64,000 nucleotides of DNA, taken from positions 5,107 through 69,106 of the forward strand of contig CAWDQD010000004.1 in assembly GCA_963804385.1 (NCBI GenBank), in the 5' to 3' direction. The number at the start of each line of letters is the position of its first letter. Position 1 is the first letter of the stretch. The notes under the pieces are model-generated. The model was not told the origin of the DNA. It saw only the letters and a program-made list of their open reading frames with translations, and ran no database searches. Of the stretch, positions 1 through 8,850 are shown in pieces. The position numbers and the translations under genes were made by a program. This DNA comes from an uncultured Candidatus Micrarchaeota archaeon. GTDB lineage: Archaea > Micrarchaeota > Micrarchaeia > Anstonellales > Bilamarchaeaceae.

Positions 1-140
1 TTTTTCCCAGGTCCGGATTAGAGGTCATTCTATCGATGAGAGCCTTCTCGCCTTTGAGCGTGATTTTTTTCCTCCGTTGCCGTTTCTCTAAAATCCCGCT
101 TTAGATATTATTAAAAACTGTAATTTTGTGATAACATAGC

Positions 141-1115
141 ATGCCTACTTGCCATTTGATCTTGAGCAGACACCTTGGGGCGGGTCTCCATAAAGCAAAG
201 TCCAAGCCATTCGCGCTCGAAGCGCTCAGACCTATCGTGGAGTCCCATCTGGCTTCGGGAAAGCCGCTACATATAATCCATGATGCCATGTATGTCGACC
301 TGCCACCGCAGGATGAGGGTCATTATTCTAACTTCGTCCTCCTCCCTCAACAGGATAGATTGACGCGTTTCGAGGCAAAACTGTCTGAACAAAGATTCAT
401 GAGCGGCATCGAACGCAAGGTTCGTGAATTCCGCGTCATGATGACGGCCCAGCTTGAAAACCCCCAGGACACTGATTACGATGATGCTCCCGAGATGCAG
501 TTCATCATGGAAACCAAGCGTAGCCATCCCGGAGCGATAATCAACCATCTGGGCTTCTACTCATCGGAAGCGTCCTTGGAGATGTCACGGGCGCTCCTGA
601 GCGGCATCATGGCCATGGATCTGGAAGCCAAGAAAGACCACTCCGGTGCGGTCAAGCACATCCTGCTTTCCAACGATGCGGTGGCCAGCGCAGCGCTCCT
701 GAGGGACACCGATCTTGTCCGTCAGATATCCAAAATCGGTTCGGACGTCGTGGTATTCAGGAATCTTTCGCACGCTTATCTGACCGATATAGAAAACCGC
801 GATTTTCCGATCGTGGCGAATGGAAAGATCACCACCATGGCGAAGCTGTATGAAACGCATTCGATCGATATAGATGCGGAAATGGAAGCGGCTGACCTGA
901 CATTCAGCGAGCTTGCGGTCAACAAGCTCTGCCTCGGGCTGATTGACGCTCCGGAGCAGATGACATTGGCGTTCATGCAGTTGTTTTTCCTGGGTTATAT
1001 GGCAGAACACGATTTGTGGAAAGCGGACAACGGGGTAGAAAGCGGAATCGCCGCAGTCAACAGCGCATATGCGCAGATGGTGAGCGAAACAAAAAGAAAG
1101 GAAGTCCGGCAATAA
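141..1115 (+). CDS. hypothetical protein (324 aa)
   Basis: This is a long ORF with ordinary amino-acid composition and no competing ORF of similar quality. I recognise no motif, and the start codon is uncertain. Confidence 0.5.
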   Translation: MPTCHLILSRHLGAGLHKAKSKPFALEALRPIVESHLASGKPLHIIHDAMYVDLPPQDEGHYSNFVLLPQQDRLTRFEAKLSEQRFMSGIERKVREFRVMMTAQLENPQDTDYDDAPEMQFIMETKRSHPGAIINHLGFYSSEASLEMSRALLSGIMAMDLEAKKDHSGAVKHILLSNDAVASAALLRDTDLVRQISKIGSDVVVFRNLSHAYLTDIENRDFPIVANGKITTMAKLYETHSIDIDAEMEAADLTFSELAVNKLCLGLIDAPEQMTLAFMQLFFLGYMAEHDLWKADNGVESGIAAVNSAYAQMVSETKRKEVRQ

Positions 1116-1147
1116 GCCATCCTAGCCGGAAAATCAACTTATTATAA

Positions 1148-2038
1148 ATGTTGATGGAGAGTTTCCGAAAAGGTGATTCTCTGAAGCCCGCATTGGTCAT
1201 TTTCTCGATATTGCTCATCCTTGCGCTGGGTTGCACCCAGCAGACCCCCCCGGCTAATAGCACCGTCTGCACCCAAGAGGCGAAGATATGCCCTGATGGG
1301 AGTTCTGTCTGGCGCACTGGGCCTGACTGCGCATTCACTCCTTGCCCGCAGACGAACAATTCCGTTCCGGCTCCGGAGAATAATTCAATGGTGGTAGGCA
1401 ACGATTCCGATATCCACGGATGCAAGGGCTCCGCGGGCTACACGTGGTGCGATGCGAAGCAGGCGTGCATACGGCCATGGGAAGAGCCATGCGAGGGGAA
1501 TCTGACTGATTCACAGGTCATGGCGATCGCCCAGGGCAGCAACTGCTCGAAAGACGGCAACCTCTCGGACCAGATAACGTTCAATAACAACTCGAATACA
1601 TATTGGATAGATATCTCGGCCAATGTGTCCGGCTGCAACCCAGCTTGCGTAGTGGACGAGAACGGGAACGCGGATGTCAACTGGAGATGCACGGGACTGA
1701 TACAATACACCGTGAAAACAGCTAACAGCTCCCTCGGCGAGATACTGGTGGATGGCAGCGGCGATACGCTATATACGTTCGCACCTGATGCCGGCGGCCT
1801 GAGCACCTGCTACGGCACTTGCGCGAAGGCCTGGCCACCGTTGCTGGCGCCGGACACAATCGTGGTCCCTGCAGACATGCAAAGCGCGATGGGCGCGACC
1901 TTGAGGTCGGACAATACGACCCAGGTCACCTATGGCGGCTATCCGCTCTATACCTACATAGGGGACACCGCTCCTGGCGATACTAACGGCCAGGGCGTCG
2001 GCGGGGTTTGGCACGTGGTTCAGATTAACAGCTCATGA
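1148..2038 (+). CDS. secreted lipoprotein with tandem COG4315/PF03640-type repeats
   Basis: The N-terminus has a signal peptide with lipobox LALGC. The C-terminal half carries two repeats of the form ILVDGSGDTLYTFAPDAGGLSTCYGTCAKAWPPL ... VTYGGYPLYTYIGD. It is a paralog of 4245-5516. Confidence 0.75.
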   Translation: MLMESFRKGDSLKPALVIFSILLILALGCTQQTPPANSTVCTQEAKICPDGSSVWRTGPDCAFTPCPQTNNSVPAPENNSMVVGNDSDIHGCKGSAGYTWCDAKQACIRPWEEPCEGNLTDSQVMAIAQGSNCSKDGNLSDQITFNNNSNTYWIDISANVSGCNPACVVDENGNADVNWRCTGLIQYTVKTANSSLGEILVDGSGDTLYTFAPDAGGLSTCYGTCAKAWPPLLAPDTIVVPADMQSAMGATLRSDNTTQVTYGGYPLYTYIGDTAPGDTNGQGVGGVWHVVQINSS

Positions 2039-2048
2039 GGTCGATGAT

Positions 2049-2327
2049 ATGGCAAAAAAACCAGAAGAGTTCCAGGATGCGATAGATGCGGTCGACAAGG
2101 CCGAGGATGAGGCTGCGGACAAGAAACCGGAAGATGAGGGCGAAGACGTCATCGTATGTCCGAAGTGCAAGCGCCCGGTCACAGAAGCGGATTACAATGA
2201 CCAGTTCTCCAACCCGATGGACGATTCGATGATCACGAAGATCCTCTGCCCGAATTGCGGCTATGCGGGGATTCCCATAGAGATGAGCATGAAAGCCTAC
2301 CAGGCATGGCTCAAGGATGGGAAGTAA
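2049..2327 (+). CDS. small zinc-ribbon protein with acidic N-terminus
   Basis: Two CxxC pairs are present (CPKCKRP ... CPNCGY). The stop overlaps the next ATG as TAATG. Confidence 0.55.
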   Translation: MAKKPEEFQDAIDAVDKAEDEAADKKPEDEGEDVIVCPKCKRPVTEADYNDQFSNPMDDSMITKILCPNCGYAGIPIEMSMKAYQAWLKDGK

Positions 2328-2938
2328 TGGCATCCGATCTCAGATTTTTAGCGTTATTCCTGGCATTCGCATTGCTCCTAGGATGCACGAGCCCCACCGG
2401 CAGCCCGACAAACAACCAGACCAATCTCTCAGCCCATACCGAAGAAGTGGTGGTGCTCGAGACATCCAAAGGGGATATCGACATAGAGCTCAACCGTTCG
2501 GTTGCGCCGCTCACCGTGGCGAATTTCGTGAACTACGTGGATTCGGGCTTCTATAACGGCACGATATTCCACAGGGTGATACCCGGTTTCATGATACAAG
2601 GCGGCGGATTCACGCCTGACGGGCAGCAGAAGCAGACCAACCCCCCGATCAAGCTGGAGTACAATGGATTGAACAACACCGCCGGTTCGATAGCTATGGC
2701 GAGGACATCTGATCCGGACAGCGCGACATCTCAGTTCTTCATCAACACCGTGGATAACCCTTCGCTTGACTCCGCGCCCGGGAACCCCGGCTACGCGGTC
2801 TTCGGGCAGGTGATATCCGGCATGGACGTCGTGCACGAGATAGAAGCAGTGCAGACAGTGGACAACGGCGCTTATCAGGACTGGCCCCTGCAGCCTGTGA
2901 TCATAGAGAACGCGTACATAGAGAACGTGAGCGGATGA
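2327..2938 (+). CDS. cyclophilin-type peptidyl-prolyl cis-trans isomerase, lipoprotein-anchored
   Basis: The cyclophilin core motif FHRVIPGFMIQGGGFT is present, and the signal peptide has lipobox LLLGC. I moved the start to the internal ATG at 2327, which overlaps the upstream stop. Confidence 0.9.
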   Translation: MASDLRFLALFLAFALLLGCTSPTGSPTNNQTNLSAHTEEVVVLETSKGDIDIELNRSVAPLTVANFVNYVDSGFYNGTIFHRVIPGFMIQGGGFTPDGQQKQTNPPIKLEYNGLNNTAGSIAMARTSDPDSATSQFFINTVDNPSLDSAPGNPGYAVFGQVISGMDVVHEIEAVQTVDNGAYQDWPLQPVIIENAYIENVSG

Positions 2939-3396
2939 AGGCATTGAGGCTGGTAGCTGCGATATTGATCTGCGAGTTCGCAGGGGGCATAGGCTCCATA
3001 TTCACGCTGCAATCCATCCCGACATGGTACGCAGCCCTCGTCAAACCCGGCTTCTCCCCGCCCAATTGGGTGTTCGGCCCGGTCTGGATACTCCTATACG
3101 CTCTGATGGGCGTGGCCGCGTATTGGATCCACGTCTCAGGGGATAAACGGTCGAAGGCCGCGCTTTCCGTATTCGGGATCCAGCTGGCGCTGAACGTGCT
3201 CTGGTCCATAGCATTCTTCGGGCTCCGGTCCCCGTTATACGGATTGGCAGTCATCGTCCTGCTCTGGCTCTCCATAGCCGCGACGATGGCGAGATTCTAC
3301 GAGATAGATAAGAAGGCCGGGCTCATCCTGATACCATACATGCTATGGGTCACTTTCGCCTTGATATTGAACTTTTCCGTCTGGAGATTGAATTGA
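2935..3396 (+). CDS. tspO: TspO/MBR family tryptophan-rich sensory protein
   Basis: The protein predicts five TM helices, is Trp-rich, and contains PPNWVFGPVWILLYALMGVAAYWI. Its size of 153 aa is typical for the family. Confidence 0.85.
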   Translation: MKALRLVAAILICEFAGGIGSIFTLQSIPTWYAALVKPGFSPPNWVFGPVWILLYALMGVAAYWIHVSGDKRSKAALSVFGIQLALNVLWSIAFFGLRSPLYGLAVIVLLWLSIAATMARFYEIDKKAGLILIPYMLWVTFALILNFSVWRLN

Positions 3397-3491
3397 AAAG
3401 GGCGGAAAAACCCCAATACGCTCTATTTAAGAGACCTGGCAAAGCTATCAATACAGAATAAACTAGTCTAAATGAATAAAACGGTGTAAAT

Positions 3492-3635
3492 ATGGGATAC
3501 GGAGATAACAGCGACAGGGAAATGTTTGACGCGACGTGCGCGAAGTGCGGGCAGCCATGCCAGGTTCCTTTCAAACCAACTGAAGGAAGACCGGTATACT
3601 GCAGGAACTGCTACAAACCGAAACCACGATTCTGA
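3492..3635 (+). CDS. small CxxC-x17-CxxC zinc-finger protein (47 aa)
   Basis: This ORF is below the cutoff of the ORF track. It translates as MGYGDNSDREMFDATCAKCGQPCQVPFKPTEGRPVYCRNCYKPKPRF, matching the pattern of the conserved CxxC-x17-CxxC small protein family. Confidence 0.6.
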   Translation: MGYGDNSDREMFDATCAKCGQPCQVPFKPTEGRPVYCRNCYKPKPRF

Positions 3636-3757
3636 AGTCATTGATTCCAGGATTCGTTTTTTAATTTTTGATGACTTTTTTCAATAATCGGCTATTTCTG
3701 AAGAAAAAATGGAAGTTTAATAATCCTATTTCCTGAAACAGAAAAGGGGGGAGATAG

Positions 3758-4228
3758 ATGGCATTGAAAGAGAACGATGTCGCGCCGGATTTCAGCCTTT
3801 TGGATACTTATAGCAAGAAAGTCTTTTTGCACGATTTCCTCGGCGGATGGGTCGTGGTGTATTTCTACCCGAAGGACCTGACCTCCGGCTGCACGATCGA
3901 GGCGATGGATTTCACGAAGCTGGCTCCTGATTTCGAGAAGGCCGGAGCCAAGATCCTCGGGATAAGCAAGGACACCTGCGAATCTCACATGAAGTTCGTC
4001 AAGGAGAAAAAGCTCGGGATAACCTTGCTTGCCGATCCGGATGGAGCGGTGAACAAGCTATATGGCGTATGGAGCGAGAGGAAGTTCATGGGCAAGGTGT
4101 TCATGGGCACCGAGCGCACCACGTTCCTGGTCGATGCTAACGGAAATATCGTCAAGATCTGGCATGATGTCAATCCGCTGGGGCACGCCTCGGCGGTACT
4201 TGAAGACGTCAAAGGAAGGCAGAAATGA
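3758..4228 (+). CDS. bcp: thiol peroxidase / peroxiredoxin Bcp
   Basis: The peroxidatic Cys motif VVVYFYPKDLTSGCTIEA is present, the size is 156 aa, and an SD-like GGGGGAG lies upstream. Confidence 0.9.
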   Translation: MALKENDVAPDFSLLDTYSKKVFLHDFLGGWVVVYFYPKDLTSGCTIEAMDFTKLAPDFEKAGAKILGISKDTCESHMKFVKEKKLGITLLADPDGAVNKLYGVWSERKFMGKVFMGTERTTFLVDANGNIVKIWHDVNPLGHASAVLEDVKGRQK

Positions 4229-4244
4229 AAAAGGGTGTGATGGT

Positions 4245-5516
4245 ATGAAAAACTCTGTATTCGTAATATCGATTTTCTTCCTGGTATTGGCCGGATGCGT
4301 AAGCCAGCCTCCAGGGGCTTCTCTAAGCCCTTCGCAGGCGACGGCCATAGCGCAGTCAAGCGCGGCATGCACGGCCGTAGGGAGCCTGACCGGAGCTTAT
4401 GTCTATAATAACATCACGATGACGTGGTGGTTCGACCTGAACGCGGTCAAGGCAGGGTGCTCTCCGGCATGCGTAGTCTATGACGCCAACCAGAGCACGG
4501 AGGTCAATTGGAGATGCACCGGAGCGATGCCTCCTGCAGCCGTGGCGCCTCTGGTGAGCGTCTCCGCGAACCCGCAGCTGGGGCAGATCCTGGTCGGCAA
4601 GGATGGGATGACGCTCTATGTGTTCCTCAAAGATGACATCAATACGTCAAGCTGCTATGGAACGTGCGCGACGATATGGCCGCCCCTGATATACACCGGC
4701 AGCGAGAACCTTTCCGGTCTCCCCGGAGTTCTAGGGACGATAACGAGGACAGACGGCTCCATGCAGGTGACCTACAACGGGATGCCGCTCTATTATTTCG
4801 CGAAGGACAAGAATGCCGGAGATACGCTCGGCCAATATTTCCTCAACATCTGGTTCGTCGCCAAGCCGGACATGACGACCTTCCCGGCGCTGACTTCGAA
4901 CGAGGCAATCGCGATAGCCCAAAAGAGCGCATGCGTGGGCTTAAACCTCACGAGCAACATGAGCTACGACCTCAACACCAGCACCTGGTGGATAAGCCTC
5001 GACACGGTGAAAGCCGGATGCTCTCCGGCCTGCGTCGTGTACGCGAACAGGACCGCTGACGTGAACTGGAGATGCACCGGCCTGGTCGTCGTCCAACCGA
5101 ATACGACTGTGTCTCCGCCCGCTGCGATGCCGGTCATCAAGATGTCTTCGAACTACAATTTCGGGGAGATCCTGACCACACTTGACGGCAAAGCCCTCTA
5201 TGTGTACAACAAGGACGCGGTGAACACACCGACTTGCACCGGAGCATGCGCCGATGCATGGCCGCCGTTGTTCCTGGGCGCGGGATATACCACGAACGGG
5301 ACCGGATTGCCCGGACTCGTGGGTGTCGTGGCATGGCAGAACGGCTCGCAGCAGGTGACGTATAACGGCATGCCGTTGTACACCTACAGCGGCGATTCGG
5401 TCGCCATGGTGAACGGCAATGGCATAGGCGGCACGTGGTATGTGGCCACCCCGCAGATGAACACGTTCCCCGTGACACCCGCGCCTAGCTCTGGCGGTTA
5501 CGGTGGAGGTTATTGA
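4245..5516 (+). CDS. secreted lipoprotein, internally duplicated (2 x [Cys-containing N-module + PF03640-type repeats])
   Basis: I moved the start to MKNSVFVISIFFLVLAGC, which has a lipobox. There are two copies of the module A(I/T)AIAQ...W(W/I)...GC(S/N)PACVV...VNWRCTG, each followed by GQILVGKDGMTLYVF...CYGTCA..WPPL type repeats. Confidence 0.75.
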   Translation: MKNSVFVISIFFLVLAGCVSQPPGASLSPSQATAIAQSSAACTAVGSLTGAYVYNNITMTWWFDLNAVKAGCSPACVVYDANQSTEVNWRCTGAMPPAAVAPLVSVSANPQLGQILVGKDGMTLYVFLKDDINTSSCYGTCATIWPPLIYTGSENLSGLPGVLGTITRTDGSMQVTYNGMPLYYFAKDKNAGDTLGQYFLNIWFVAKPDMTTFPALTSNEAIAIAQKSACVGLNLTSNMSYDLNTSTWWISLDTVKAGCSPACVVYANRTADVNWRCTGLVVVQPNTTVSPPAAMPVIKMSSNYNFGEILTTLDGKALYVYNKDAVNTPTCTGACADAWPPLFLGAGYTTNGTGLPGLVGVVAWQNGSQQVTYNGMPLYTYSGDSVAMVNGNGIGGTWYVATPQMNTFPVTPAPSSGGYGGGY

Positions 5517-5532
5517 TTTTTTAGTGGTCTTC

Positions 5533-5967
5533 ATGAGAGTCTCGAGCGTTTTCAAGGACGGGGAAACGATCCCCATCAAGTTCACCTGCCAGGGGGAGAA
5601 CGTCAATCCCCGGCTCGAGCTCTCTGAAGTGCCCAAGGACGCGAAGAGCCTGGCACTGGTTATGGACGACCCGGACGCTCCGATGGGGACGTTCGTGCAC
5701 TGGGTGGCATGGAATTTTCCGGTCTCGAAGGAGATAAAGGAAAACGCGAAGGGTCTCGGAGTGGGCGGTGCGGGGTCATACGGGTCCCCTGGCTATCATG
5801 GGCCTTGCCCCCCGCCCGGCCACGGTCCGCACAGGTATCTCTTCAAGGTTTATGCTCTTGATCGCCTGCTCGATCTCAAGCCCGGTTCCGATAAGGACGG
5901 ATTGCTCAGGGCCATGGAAGGGCATGTACTGGCTACAGCTGAATTGATGGGTAGATCCGAGAGATAG
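5533..5967 (+). CDS. PEBP / YbhB-YbcL family (Raf-kinase-inhibitor-like) protein
   Basis: Motifs DDPDAP and GPHRYLFKVYALD are present. The ATG at 5533 is preferred over the upstream GTG. Confidence 0.85.
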   Translation: MRVSSVFKDGETIPIKFTCQGENVNPRLELSEVPKDAKSLALVMDDPDAPMGTFVHWVAWNFPVSKEIKENAKGLGVGGAGSYGSPGYHGPCPPPGHGPHRYLFKVYALDRLLDLKPGSDKDGLLRAMEGHVLATAELMGRSER

Positions 5968-6135
5968 TCACGCGATCGGCTTCCTGACCGCGAGTTTTGT
6001 CAACTCAGTGGAGCAGACGCTCATCCTCTTGCAGAATTCCTCGCATGCGAGCGCCTGGGCTTTCTGGCTGTATCCGAAACCGCAACCTTCGCAAACGTAG
6101 ATCGTTTTCCCTTTGAGCGTATCCTGCATGACCAT
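5968..6135 (-). CDS. small Cys-rich (putative zinc-binding) protein, 55 aa
   Basis: The translation is MVMQDTLKGKTIYVCEGCGFGYSQKAQALACEEFCKRMSVCSTELTKLAVRKPIA. Its CxxC plus CxxxC arrangement is more protein-like than the overlapping 66-aa ORF at 6005-6205. Confidence 0.4.
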   Translation of the reverse strand: MVMQDTLKGKTIYVCEGCGFGYSQKAQALACEEFCKRMSVCSTELTKLAVRKPIA

Positions 6136-6208
6136 GCAGGGCATCCGTCGCGAATATTATTACGCTTTTCGCCATATGCTTTAAATATTTGAATACAGAA
6201 AGCAAATC

Positions 6209-7033
6209 ATGTTCGAATCATTCTCAAGGTCACTGAGCATAGTGAAGAAGTGCTTCGGCGTATTGATGGAGGAGAAGAAGCTCCTGTTGTTTCCTATCAT
6301 AAGCGCCATCGCGATACTGGCGGTCCTCATCTCTTTCGTCATTCCGGTGCTGTTCATCAACAGCGGGATCCTGATGATCGCGCTGCTCTTCTGCTTCTAT
6401 TTCGCTTCCTATCTCGTGGTCATATTCTTCAACAGCGCATTGATCCATGCTGTGAATGAGAAGCTGGAAGGCAGGCCGGTCTCGTTGACCGCAAGCATAT
6501 CCTTCGCCTTATCGAGGATAGTGAACATCGTCTTATGGACGCTCGTCGCAGCCACCGTCGGGGTCATCCTCAGCATGCTGAGAAGCGCCGCACAGCGTGG
6601 AAGGGGGGTCGGCGCCCTCATCGGCGGACTCGTCATCTCAGTCATAGGCATGGCATGGTCGTTCGCGACGTTCTTCGTGGTCCCAGTGATCGTGTTCGAG
6701 AATGTCAGCCCGTTCGCTGCCATCGCCCGCTCGGTGGATATCGTGAAGAAGACCTGGAGCGAGGAGATAATCGGCGGTTTCGCGATCGGGATAATATTCT
6801 TAGTCGCGTACCTCATCGGCATAGCGCTCATAATCGGAGGGGTATTCCTGCCTCCATTGGTGTTAGTCCTCGTGCCTCTCGGCATCTTCCTCTTGGTCCT
6901 GACCTTCATAGCCCAGGGGGCCGTGGAAGGGATATTCGTGACCGAGCTCTACAGGTACTCCCAGAACGGCCAGACGGTCGTGTTCAAGGAAGAGATAGAT
7001 CAGGCCCGCGGTGCGAAACCGCCGCAGCAATAG
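6209..7033 (+). CDS. polytopic membrane protein, function unknown
   Basis: About six hydrophobic helices are predicted, and no catalytic motif is recognised. Confidence 0.6.
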   Translation: MFESFSRSLSIVKKCFGVLMEEKKLLLFPIISAIAILAVLISFVIPVLFINSGILMIALLFCFYFASYLVVIFFNSALIHAVNEKLEGRPVSLTASISFALSRIVNIVLWTLVAATVGVILSMLRSAAQRGRGVGALIGGLVISVIGMAWSFATFFVVPVIVFENVSPFAAIARSVDIVKKTWSEEIIGGFAIGIIFLVAYLIGIALIIGGVFLPPLVLVLVPLGIFLLVLTFIAQGAVEGIFVTELYRYSQNGQTVVFKEEIDQARGAKPPQQ

Positions 7034-7041
7034 GTGTCTGA

Positions 7042-7290
7042 ATGAAGACCATAATCTTGATCCTGCTGGTAGTCGCAAGCTTAGGCTTTTCCACTAATTT
7101 CACAGCTTCGCAAACCCAGTGCATGAAGACATGCTGCGACAATGCGAACGGTACATTCTACCCGGATTACGCCGTATGCCACACTAACACCACCGATGTC
7201 TCGGACTGCTTTTCCAAGTGCACTGATGAGGGCAGTAGCTGTCTCCCTGCTGCGCTATTGCCGCTTATCGTCTTGGCAGCCTTGAAATAG
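7042..7290 (+). CDS. small secreted Cys-rich protein with hydrophobic C-terminal tail
   Basis: It has a signal peptide, 8 Cys residues and the C-terminal tail CLPAALLPLIVLAALK. Confidence 0.5.
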   Translation: MKTIILILLVVASLGFSTNFTASQTQCMKTCCDNANGTFYPDYAVCHTNTTDVSDCFSKCTDEGSSCLPAALLPLIVLAALK

Positions 7291-7320
7291 ATTAATAATC
7301 ATTCTAAGAGATGACAAGCC

Positions 7321-8034
7321 ATGGATCCAAAAGGCAAGATAGCGATAGTCACAGGAGCGTCATCGGGTATAGGCCTTGCGACAGCAAGACTGCTCTCGGA
7401 AAAAGGAGCCAAAGTGGTGCTCGCATCTCGCTCGAAAGACAAGCTGGATAAGATATCCTCCGAACTGCCCGGCTCTATCGCGATAAAATGCGACATGACC
7501 AAAGCATCGGATATCAAGAATCTCTTCAACCAGACGATGAAGCAATTCGGGCGAGTGGATATCCTGGTGAACAATGCCGGCCAGGGGTATGATGCTCCGG
7601 TCGAGAAGATCAATATAGATACGTTCCGCAAGATCTTCGAGCTCGACGTCGTCGGCCCTCTCATTGCTATGGAAGAGGCCATACCTGTAATGAGGAAGCA
7701 GGGCGGCGGTTCGATAGTGAATGTCAGCTCTGGCACAGCGCTCGCTTATTGGCCGACCATGGCTCCGTATTCATCTATGAAACGGGCTTTGGCAGGCATC
7801 AGCATCACAGCCAACGCCGAACTCAAAGCGGACAAGATCGCGGTCAGCGTGATCTATCCGTACGCCACGCTCACGGATTTCGAGAAGAATACCTTGAAGA
7901 ACGACGTTCCGGACGAAGAGGACGACCTGCCTCAAAAAGCCGATACCGCGGAGCACGTCGCGGAGAAGATCCTCGATGCCATCAAATCCGGCGATGCCGA
8001 GGTTTTCGCCCATGATTGGATGAAGAAATTATGA
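7321..8034 (+). CDS. short-chain dehydrogenase/reductase (classical SDR)
   Basis: Motifs TGASSGIGLATA (the SDR cofactor-binding TGxxxGxG motif), NNAG and the YSSMK catalytic Tyr-x3-Lys are all present. Confidence 0.9.
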   Translation: MDPKGKIAIVTGASSGIGLATARLLSEKGAKVVLASRSKDKLDKISSELPGSIAIKCDMTKASDIKNLFNQTMKQFGRVDILVNNAGQGYDAPVEKINIDTFRKIFELDVVGPLIAMEEAIPVMRKQGGGSIVNVSSGTALAYWPTMAPYSSMKRALAGISITANAELKADKIAVSVIYPYATLTDFEKNTLKNDVPDEEDDLPQKADTAEHVAEKILDAIKSGDAEVFAHDWMKKL

Positions 8035-8748
8035 TTTGCTCCGTTTTGCCTTCTTTATCTGCTGCCTTATCTCGTCCAGATAATCATCCATTCTCTTATC
8101 CAGAATGCCGAATGTGCCCTCGTCTATTGTCCCTTTCTTCAACTCCTCGGTTATCAGATGTTTTATCGTTAGGAGCTCGGTTTCGCATTGCTGCGCGTTC
8201 ATCTTGAAGTTAGAGTACGTGCCATCTATCTGGTTTAGGTATTGCCCTAGCTTGGTCTTTTTCTTCCTAGTGTAATGCCACCCGATGATCGCGGCTGCTG
8301 CCGTGGCCAGCACCCCGCCTATCGTCCCGAGGATCGAACCGTACCTGTTCCCGAACGCCATGGCGGTATCTATGATGGATGAATCGGTAGAATTGTTCTG
8401 GTTGGGGGCAGTAGCCGGCGCGACCCTCTTCATGCACCTAACCGAGCTGCAATTCGCATTTCCATAGACGTTAGCGATGGTGCTGTTCGCCAGGCAGCCG
8501 TCCACGGATTTGTTGATTTGCGCCGGTGTCGCACAGACTTTAGGTATCACGGCAGATCCTTGCGCGCAAATCACGATGGTGCAAATGCCGCTCTGGGTGA
8601 AAACGGCATCCTCACCGTTCAGCAAGCAATCGTGCATCGTCGCATTAAGTTTTGCAGGGGAAACACAGAAAATGGATGTTGGCAGAGCGGATGCTAGTTG
8701 CATTAGCACGAGAAAAGCTAGAATGACTGGTAATCGCATCAATGCCAT
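8029..8748 (-). CDS. type I membrane protein, Cys-rich ectodomain and charged cytoplasmic tail
   Basis: It has a signal peptide, a Cys-rich and N-x-S/T-rich region, one TM helix (ILGTIGGVLATAAAAIIGW) and a Lys-rich helical C-terminus. Confidence 0.55.
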   Translation of the reverse strand: MALMRLPVILAFLVLMQLASALPTSIFCVSPAKLNATMHDCLLNGEDAVFTQSGICTIVICAQGSAVIPKVCATPAQINKSVDGCLANSTIANVYGNANCSSVRCMKRVAPATAPNQNNSTDSSIIDTAMAFGNRYGSILGTIGGVLATAAAAIIGWHYTRKKKTKLGQYLNQIDGTYSNFKMNAQQCETELLTIKHLITEELKKGTIDEGTFGILDKRMDDYLDEIRQQIKKAKRSKS

Positions 8749-8850
8749 TGTTTACCCGACATTAATAAATATTGTCGTCTTATTTAACTATGAGATTTTG
8801 GACCAGCAGTACTCTTATCTCTGCTGCGATATCATCTCTAAGGTAGAATC

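Noticed and set aside
1-100. Possible start of a minus-strand gene (ATG at 28 reading out of the window)
   Set aside because: Only 9 codons are visible, so it cannot be supported.
6005-6205. 66-aa minus-strand ORF from the track
   Set aside because: It overlaps, in another frame, a 55-aa ORF with a convincing Cys-motif arrangement. The 66-aa product is Arg-rich and implausible. Neither call is certain.
7042-7290. C-terminal tail CLPAALLPLIVLAALK as an archaeosortase-type sorting signal
   Set aside because: It lacks a recognisable PGF/PEF/VPXXXP-type motif and a basic tail, so it is reported only as a hydrophobic C-terminal tail.
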